64,000 nt of DNA from Eledone cirrhosa (taxonomy: Eukaryota), in the NCBI GenBank assembly GCA_964016885.1, contig OZ024761.1:10478001-10542000 (forward strand), in the 5' to 3' direction. Shown piece by piece: positions 55,734 to 64,000 of this stretch. Every line of letters starts with the position of its first letter. The first letter of the stretch is position 1. Below the pieces are notes generated by a model. The model searched no databases. It saw only the letters and a list, made by a program, of their open reading frames with translations, and was not told the origin of the DNA. The translations under genes and the position numbers were made by a program.

Positions 55734-56397
55734 ATCTATCTAGGGCGGGTAAAATTCCCGAGATCCAGCGATCTCTGTCCCTCATTATCGCTGCTATGTC
55801 CTGCTTCTCCAACAGACCAGTGTCTGTCCTTAGGGCATCAACATACGTTAACCTTGGTCTTCCTCTTCCAGTGTGTCCATGTAGGGGTTCCAACAGGAGC
55901 ACTGAGTGCAATGTCAACTCTGGGTGTCGGTGAGCATGTCCAGCTAACCTCTGTGTCACTTTTGAGCTGACTTTGGGGAGGCTCCCATACAGCTCTGAGT
56001 TTTTCATCCTCAGTGTATACTGATTAATGTTCAGAGCCATCCTCAGCATTCTCGTGTAGCACCCATCCACCATCTGAGTGTGGTGCTGAGAATGAATGAG
56101 ACTAAAACAAAATATCTGGTAGAGAATGTTGAGAAGCCAGAGGGAATTACTAATGTAGGCGGGAAGCCGCTAGAATTGGTTGAGGACTTCCTGTATTTGG
56201 GAGCAAAAATTGGGAATACGGAAGATGATGTGGTTGAGAGGAAGAGCAAAGCCTGGGCGGCGTGCCACAGCTTGAGATCGGTGTGGAAGTCGGACCTTCG
56301 TAAAGACCTGAAAATCTGCCTCTTCATTGGTGTAGTGGAGTCTGTGCTGCTGTACAGGTCTGAGACTTGGACACTGACCAAGAAACTCAATCAGATG
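55734..56397. mobile_element. RTE LINE with 5' inversion (same family as 6745)
   Basis: Minus 55734-56076 [21 protein letters not shown]; plus 56077-56397 [34 protein letters not shown], contiguous at tcagatg. Confidence 0.85.
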
Positions 56398-56399
56398 TG

Positions 56400-56430
<31 letters not shown>

Positions 56431-56438
56431 ATATATAA

Positions 56439-56462
<24 letters not shown>

Positions 56463-56470
<8 letters not shown>

Positions 56471-56815
56471 ATGCATGCATGCATAGACGCTAGATCTAAG
56501 TAGCGTGAAATGAATTTAGGGTGAAGTGTACTTTCAAACAGTCCTCCATATTACATAGAATTGTGTATCAAAATATTTCGTTTCCATTTGCACATACATT
56601 ATTATTGTGTGTTTATAATATATATGTATGTATGTATATATATATACATATATATTATAAACAAACACACACACACATTGTTGCTTAAATGGACACAAAT
56701 AGGAAACGAAATATTTTAATACACAATTCTATGTAATATGGAGGACTGTTTGAAAGTACACTTCACCCTAAATTCATTTCACGCTACTTAGATCTAGCGT
56801 CTATGCATGCACACA
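56463..56815. repeat. About 125-bp inverted repeat with microsatellite-rich spacer
   Basis: 56463-56590 is reverse-complementary to 56696-56815. Confidence 0.85.
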
Positions 56816-57169
56816 CACACACATATATATGTGTGTGTGTGTGTATGTATGTATCTATATATATACGTGTGTGTATCTATATATATTTATATATACATAT
56901 GTGTGTGTGTATATATATAAACACAATCATATATATATACACACACACACACAATATATGTATATATGTATTGTACATTAATGTAATAATATTTAGGAGA
57001 GAGGAAGTCGACAAAATTTGCAGCCATATTCAACAATATTCACGTTCGAAATTATATAGAATTCGGCCAGTATTCGATTTCCAGGTATCAATAATGTGTA
57101 TTAATGTATGTATGTATATTGTCGAAATGCTATTTTTCGTAGGTTAGTATGTAATTATTCTTATTAATA

Positions 57170-57690
57170 GTAGAATCAGTAGAGCGTCAGATGCCATGAT
57201 TTGCAGCATAAAGTTATGTCCCTTTACGTTCTGAGTTCAAATCCCGCTGAGGCTAGCTTTGCCTTTCATCCTTACGGGGTCGATAAAATAAAGTACCAGT
57301 AACACAGTGGAGTAGATTTAATCGACCTTTCCCCTCGCCCAAAGTAGAAACGATTATTGTTCAGCAGAGCGTCCGACAAACTGCTTTGTGTCATTTGTTC
57401 CGGCTCATATGCTCTGTGTTCAAATCGTGCCGAGGTCAGCTTTGCCTATCATCCTTGCGGAGGAGGGGGGTTAAAATAAAGAACCATTAACACACTAGGG
57501 TTGATTTAATCGACATTTCCCCTCCCCCAAAATTGATGACCTTGTGCCTAAAGCAGGAGCCATTATTGTTATTGAAGGAGGTAAGATTTAACAGAATCCT
57601 TAGAACTTCGGATAGCATTTAGTTAGGGCTCTTCCACGTTCTCAGTTCAAATCCCTTTGGTGCCAACTTTCATTTTAACATGGTCTATCG
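57170..57690 (+). mobile_element. Cluster of three S1 SINEs
   Basis: Repeated gttcaaatc B-boxes and S1 bodies. Confidence 0.75.
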
Positions 57691-57698
57691 AATAAAGC

Positions 57699-57965
57699 AG
57701 CCATAGTGGTAAGGGTGTTGAAGTTACGATCATAATGTTCTGGGTTCGATTCTTGAACTGGGTTGTGTTGTGTTCTTGAGCAAAACACTTGAATTCACAT
57801 TTCTCCAGTATGCTCTACTGAAAATGAGTGCCAGCACTAGATGGGGGTTTAACCCTGAGATGGTCTGACGCCCTGTCCAGGGGAGGGAGTCTTGTACTCT
57901 CAGTCGCTCAATGCTAGGGAAACCGGGATAAGCAGCGGTCTGATGTGTCCAAGTTAGACTTTAGA
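57699..57965 (+). mobile_element. tRNA-SINE with CORE-like and V-domain-like segments
   Basis: B-box gggttcgattc; tgtgttcttgagcaaaacactt; aaccctgagatggtctgacgccctgtccaggg. Domain names from memory. Confidence 0.6.
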
Positions 57966-58096
57966 CTGGAATTGAATTCACTTCTCTCTCCATTAAATTA
58001 CTAGCCTTGAGTCTTAATTAGGAATTATTATTATTGTTATTTTTATTAATATTAGTCTTATGTATTCAATTTAATAAAAAAAAAAAAAAAAAGAAT

Positions 58097-58355
58097 GGGC
58101 ATGTGGTTAGAATGTCTCAGAAAAGAATCGCTGGATAGATTTTATGGGAAAAACCAAACGGCAAGAGACCTGTAGGTCGACCCAGAACAAGATGGTTGAA
58201 TAACATCCATGAGCTTGGCTCGTCTTGCTTGGGGTTCCAACCGGATCAGTTGGAGGCAGTTGCTTCTGACAAGACCCGCTGGAAGGAGTGTTTGAGGACT
58301 CTGGCCTGGTCCCACAACTCTCTCAGGAATAAGTGGGCAATGAAGAAGTAGTAGT
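58097..58355 (+). mobile_element. RTE-group LINE 3' end
   Basis: GHVVRM..GKRPVGRPRTRWLNNI..ASDKTRWK with an in-frame stop. Confidence 0.75.
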
Positions 58356-58399
58356 CTTATTTATATTGGTGGCGATGTATTTGTTTAGCAAGGTTTTTG

Positions 58400-58622
58400 A
58401 TATGAAATCGTGTGTTGAAACAGATATTGTTATATTTGGGGAGAGTTCAGATATTGTTATATTTGGGGAGAGTTATGTTGTCATAATATTTCCAGCTAAA
58501 TTATTTATAGAAATATAAAAATATACTGAAGTGAAAACCAAACCAAACGAAACAGTGTGTTTTATTATATTTTCCTGGTAATATTAGGACAATGTGACCT
58601 TCCCCAAATATAACAATACGTA
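58400..58622. repeat. MITE-like inverted repeat with a 26-bp tandem duplication
   Basis: tattgttatatttgggga..gtcataatatttccag / ctggtaatattaggac..tccccaaatataacaata. Confidence 0.55.
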
Positions 58623-58811
58623 TTTACATTACATATTGTTACTGCATGAGTGAGCACAGCTTTGTGTGTATTGGCTGCATGCAGTGTCATTTTTGCTGTT
58701 GTTATTTCCATTGTATTGAGAGTACTTTTCATGTGTAGTTTCCTTTGTAGTTCAATTTAGTTTTCTAATGTCTCCTCCATCCGATGCCCTTGTGACAAAT
58801 CAAAGAAACCA

Positions 58812-59798
58812 ATTGGCAGTATTGGTAGAGGGTCGGATGTCATACTTTGATGCATAGAGTTACGGCCCTTTCCATTCTGAGTTCAAATCCCGTCGAGGTT
58901 AACTTTGCTTTTCATCCTTACGGGGTCGATAAAATAAAGTACCAGTAATGCACTGGGATTGCTGGCCTTGTGCAAAAGTAGAAACAATTATTATTATTAT
59001 TTATGAGGGTAGCTTTACCTTTCATCCTTACGTGGTCAATAAAATAAAGTACCAGTAATGCACTGGGGTTGATTTAACCATTTAGCATCTCACATAATGT
59101 CGAATCTATGAGATTTTAATGTTATTTATTTTGAGAACAATACCTTAACATCGGTATGAGCAGCAGGTTACAGCCGGTTTGAACAGATTGAGGTGAGAGA
59201 ATTCTGGCCGGTTTAAATGCTAAAAGGTTAATCGACATTCCCCTTCCCCAAAACATTCTTGACCTTGTGCCTAAATCAGAAACCCTTATTATTATTCATG
59301 AGGTTAGCTTTGCCTTTCATTCTTACAGGGACAATAAAATAAAGTACCAGTAATACACTGTAGTCAATTTAATCAACTTTCCCCTCTCCACCAAAATTCT
59401 TGGTAGTATCGGTACTGTTGGGCACCATGCTTTGTAGGGTAGAGTTGTGGTCCTTTACATTCTGAATTCAAATCCCGCCAAGGTTAGCTTTACCTTTCAT
59501 CCTTACGGGGGTCGATAAAATAAAGTACCAGTAATGCACTGGGGTCACTTAATCAACATTCCTCTCCCCACCAAAATTCTTGGCTTTGTGCCTAATTTAG
59601 AAACCAGGGATTGGCAGTATCAGTAGAAGGTCGGACGCGATCCTTTGCAGCATGGAGTTAGGCCCCTTTACAGTGTGAGTTCAAATCCCGCCGAGGTTCA
59701 CTTTGCCTTTCATCCTTACGGGGGTCGATAAAATAAAGTACCAGTAATGTACTGGGTAATTTCTGGCCTTGTGCCAATAGTAGAAACAATTATTATTG
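58812..59798 (+). mobile_element. Head-to-tail cluster of about five S1 SINE copies, one interrupted by a MITE
   Basis: Five repeats of ttcat(c/t)cttac..ataaaataaagtaccagtaat. Confidence 0.85.
59078..59227. mobile_element. TTAA MITE nested in an S1 SINE
   Basis: gatTTAA|ccatttagcat ... atgctaaaagg|TTAAtcgac splits the SINE motif gatttaatcgac. Confidence 0.8.
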
Positions 59799-60227
59799 TG
59801 TAATCAATTTGAACTCAGTATAAAAAGAATAAAAATGTTAGTGAAACAAAAAATCAAAAGCTGAAACATATTTCGTTATAGATATTCATAGTGCATGTAT
59901 ATTGATCGGTGATTGATTTTGTAGACTTTTTTACAGTTATGTTTATTTAAGTATTTATGAAAATTCCCAAATTTATATGCACACACATGCATATATATAT
60001 ATACACACATTTGCACACATATATATTCATACATACACACACATATATATATATATATTCATACATACACACATATATATATTCATACATACACACATAT
60101 TCATATCTATATACACATACAGATATATATGTGTGTGTATATATATATATGTGTGTATGTACAAATAAAAACACACATATATATATATATATATATAAAT
60201 ATACACACACATACATACATACATATA

Positions 60228-60259
<32 letters not shown>

Positions 60260-60474
60260 AAGGTAAAGAGCCCCTTTGGTCACAAATGACCATGGGATTT
60301 GCACCTAGAAGGTTCCGCTCCATGCCACCAATGTTGTCAAAGGGAAAGGCAATGGCCAATACAGCTTGGCACCAATGTATATGTTTATATATGTATATGC
60401 GTATATATATATATGTATGTATGTATATATATATATATATATGTTTATGTGTATATGTTTATATGTATATATGA

Positions 60475-60516
<42 letters not shown>

Positions 60517-60565
60517 GTTTATGTGTATATGTTTATATGTATATATGATTATATGTATGTATATA

Positions 60566-60614
<49 letters not shown>

Positions 60615-61524
60615 TTATAAAACACTTGCATATTACTTTAATGGTTGTGTTGCCCTTGTGATGAATAAAACTACTACTACTACTACTACTACTATTACTA
60701 CTACTGCTGCTGCTATTACTACTACTACTACTACTACTACTGGTGGTGAGGATTGTGGCGGTTCGGTGGTGATTGTGCTGGTTGTAGTTATTGCAGTGGT
60801 GGTGGTGATGATGATTGTGGTGGTGGTTGTGGTGGTTATGTTAGTGAATGGTTGATGTTGATGGTGGGGGAGAGAAGGGGAGAGGGAGAGCGTGCTGAAC
60901 AGAAATTCCATCAAGGTTAAGAGAGAATGTTTAACACCTATCAATGTCTTTTACACGCACACAGTCTCTCTTTCTCATCTCTCTCTCTCTCGTCACCCTC
61001 TCTCTCTTGTCACTTTCTCTCATCACCCTCTCTCTCTTGTCACTTTCTCTCATCACCCTCTCTCTTTCTGTTAAATACATAGACTCTCTTTCTCACCACC
61101 CTCTCTCTCTTTCTCACCACCCTCTCTCTCTTTCTCACCACCCTCTCTCTCTTTCTCACCACCCTCTCTCTTTCTACTATCTCTTTCTCTCTCATGACCC
61201 CTCTCTCACTTTCTCATCCCCCTCTCCCTCTGTCACAGATTCTCTTCTGTCTCTCTTCCTCTCTCACTTTCTCTTGTGTCACATACAATCTGCCTTTCTC
61301 CCCCCCCCCCCTCTCTAGAGACACAAGTGATCTTCAACATAATGGTGGTAATGTGTGTGTTTGTGTGGTTTGTGTGGTGTGTGTGGGTTTGTGTGGTGTG
61401 TGTGGGTTTGTGTGGTGGGTGTGCGGTGCGTGTTTGGAAGAATTTGTCTCTCTTTAAACACAATTTTGAAAATGATGGTCATGTAGAGTATATATGTGTA
61501 TGTATATATATATATGTATGTATG

Positions 61525-61561
<37 letters not shown>

Positions 61562-62588
61562 ATGTATGCATACACATACATATCATCTTCGTTTAGTGTG
61601 GAAAATGGACGTTAAACGAAGATGGTGATATGTATGTGTATGCATATATATGTATGTGTATGTATATGTGTGTATATATATATATATGTGTGTGTGTGTA
61701 TGTGTGTTGTGAGAGAATATTCAAAGATCTTTCTCTTTAGAGATATGCAATCTTGAACAGCATGGTGGTGGTGGTGGTGGTGGTGGTGGAGTGTATTATT
61801 GTGTCTGTGTAATTTGTGAAGAGAAATGTATTTTCTCTCCCTCCCTTTAGACACATGCAGTATTGAACATGGTGGTGGTGTTGGTGGTGGTGATGATGTT
61901 GGTTTGGTGGTGGTGGTGGTGGTGGTTTGATGATGGTGGTGGTGGTGGTGATGATGTTGGTTTGGTGGTGGTGGTGGTGATGATGTTGGTTTGATGGTGG
62001 TGGTGGTGATGTTAGTTTGATGATGGTGGTGGTGGTGGTGATGTTAGTTTGATGATGGTGGTGGTGGTGGTGATGTTAGTTTGATGATGGTGGTGGTGAT
62101 GTTGGTTTGATGATGGTGGTGGTGATGAGGATGAAGTTCATTTGGAAATGGTGATGATGATGATGGTGGTGATGAAGTTGGTTTGGAAATGGTGATGGTG
62201 TTGAGGACGAAGTTGGTTTTGTAATGGTGATGATGATGATGGTAGTGAAGTTGATTTGGTGGTGGTGATAGTGGTAATGGTGGTAATAAATGTGGTGGTG
62301 TTGAGGACGAAGTTGGTTTGGTAATGATGATGGTAATGGTGACGGTGGTGGTGGTGGTAATGGTGACGATGATGGTGATGATGATGGTGGTGGTATTGAG
62401 GACGAAGTTGGCTTGGTAAGGATGGTGATGGGGAAGTTGATGGTGGTAATGGTGGCAATAATATAGTGTATATTATGTGTGTAGTCTATTTAGAGGAGAT
62501 ATCAGAGATATATAGCTTGAAAAATGTAGCAACACTATTAATCGACTATGTACATCTTCATAGTAATGTTAAACATCTCTTTCTCTCT

Positions 62589-62639
<51 letters not shown>

Positions 62640-62731
62640 CCCTCTGCTTTTCTGTCTCTCACTTTCCATCTTCTCTGCTATGTTAAAACATCTCTCTCTC
62701 TTTCTCACACACACACACACATACACACACA

Positions 62732-62765
<34 letters not shown>

Positions 62766-62808
62766 TTCCATCTTCTCTGCTATGTTAAACATCTCTCTCA
62801 CTCTCTCC

Positions 62809-62841
<33 letters not shown>

Positions 62842-63573
62842 TCTTTTACCTTCCATCTTCTCAGCTATGCTGAAACATGTCTCTCTCTCCTGCTTCTATC
62901 TCTCTCTATCATCTGCTTCTATCTCTCTTTTACCTTCCATCTTCTCAGCTTTGTCACTCTCTCTCTCTCTCTCTCTCTATCGTCTGCTTCTGTCTCTCTC
63001 TCACACCTTCCATCTTCTCTTTATCTGTCTTTTATCTCACCTAACACCTATTAATGTGTGCAGATTCTGTGTGGGAAGTAACTGGTGTTAGTTTGTGTTA
63101 GTAGTTCTACTACTACTGTGTCTATGTACTTACTCCTCTCCCACACACACACTCTCTCTCACACATTCTCACACACACACACAATAAATTTCCTGGTTAA
63201 ATTGTTTAATCTTGAAGATTTAAGATTTAGTCAGTATGTTGCTGAGAATGTTCCAACATATTTATATATATACACGCACACATTGTATGTGTGTGTGTAT
63301 ATAGATATGTGCATATATATGCATTATGTATGTATGTACAGATATGTGTATGCATATGTAATGTATGTTTGTATATCTATATGTAAATATAATGTATGTG
63401 TGTATATAGATATATGTAATGTATGTTTGTGTATATAGATATATGTATATGTTAAATTTCTTATTTTGGTAATATTTTGTCCTTGGCATCATTTAAATTT
63501 AGATAATAAAAATGTTCACTTTAATGATAGTTTGAAAGAAAAATATAACTTATTTAAATTGAAATGGTCTTCT

Positions 63574-64000
63574 AATGAAAGACACTGTCTATGTCATTAA
63601 CCCTTTCATTACCCTATTCCTAATGAAAGACAGTACCTATGTCATTAACCCTTTCATTACCCTATTCCTAATGAAAGACAGTACCCATGTCATTAACCCT
63701 TTCATTACCATATTTCTAATGAAAGACACTGTCTATGTCATTAACCCTTTCATTACCCTATTTCTAATGAAAGACAGTACCCATGTCATTAACCCTTTCA
63801 TTACCATATTTCTAATGAAAGACTGTCTATGTCATTAACCCTTTCATTACCCTATTCCTAATGAAAGACACTGTCTATGTCATTAACCCTTTCATTGCCA
63901 TATTTCTAATGAAAGACTGTCTATGTCATTAACCCTTTCATTACCATATTTCTAATAAAAGACAGTACCCATGTCATTAACCCTTTCATTACCATATTTC
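63574..64000. repeat. 46-48 bp tandem repeat (about 9 units, runs off window)
   Basis: Unit taatgaaagacactgtctatgtcattaaccctttcattaccctattcc and variants. Confidence 0.95.

Noticed and set aside
56696-56815. Hammerhead in the 56463-56815 inverted repeat
   Set aside because: Only GAAAGTAC is present; no CUGANGA or UH site in either arm.

Overview
AT-rich, repeat-saturated animal DNA. The SINE and MITE repertoire looks like an octopod cephalopod (recognised from memory, not searched). The only supportable host coding sequence is a minus-strand first coding exon (1-231: signal peptide plus an LRRNT-like Cys cap), so much of the window may be its 5'-UTR intron or upstream region. The rest is multi-kb (TA)n/(TACA)n arrays used as insertion sites by retroelements. 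These include an intact CR1/L2-group LINE ORF2 with a tandem second copy, a GC-rich Tx1/L1-group LINE in (AAT)n, RTE and CRE fragments, many tRNA-SINEs and several MITEs. The main discovery is a Penelope-like element (PLE) / hammerhead ribozyme (HHR) ecosystem. A Neptune-type RT + GIY-YIG element sits as a 6.7-kb head-to-head palindrome, and about nine sequence-unrelated short families each carry a type-I HHR with palindromic helix III. Most are inserted as asymmetric inverted repeats. Most also share a covarying bulged stem-loop (RCUC-helix-UH-GAGYRC) in their 3' tail, close to where the inverted arm stops. One family is a 466-bp retrozyme-like monomer inserted as about 1.9 tandem units plus an inverted unit, with a 13-bp TSD, suggesting reverse transcription of a circular RNA. 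Nearly all long ORFs in the supplied track are microsatellite artefacts. All folds and alignments were done by eye.
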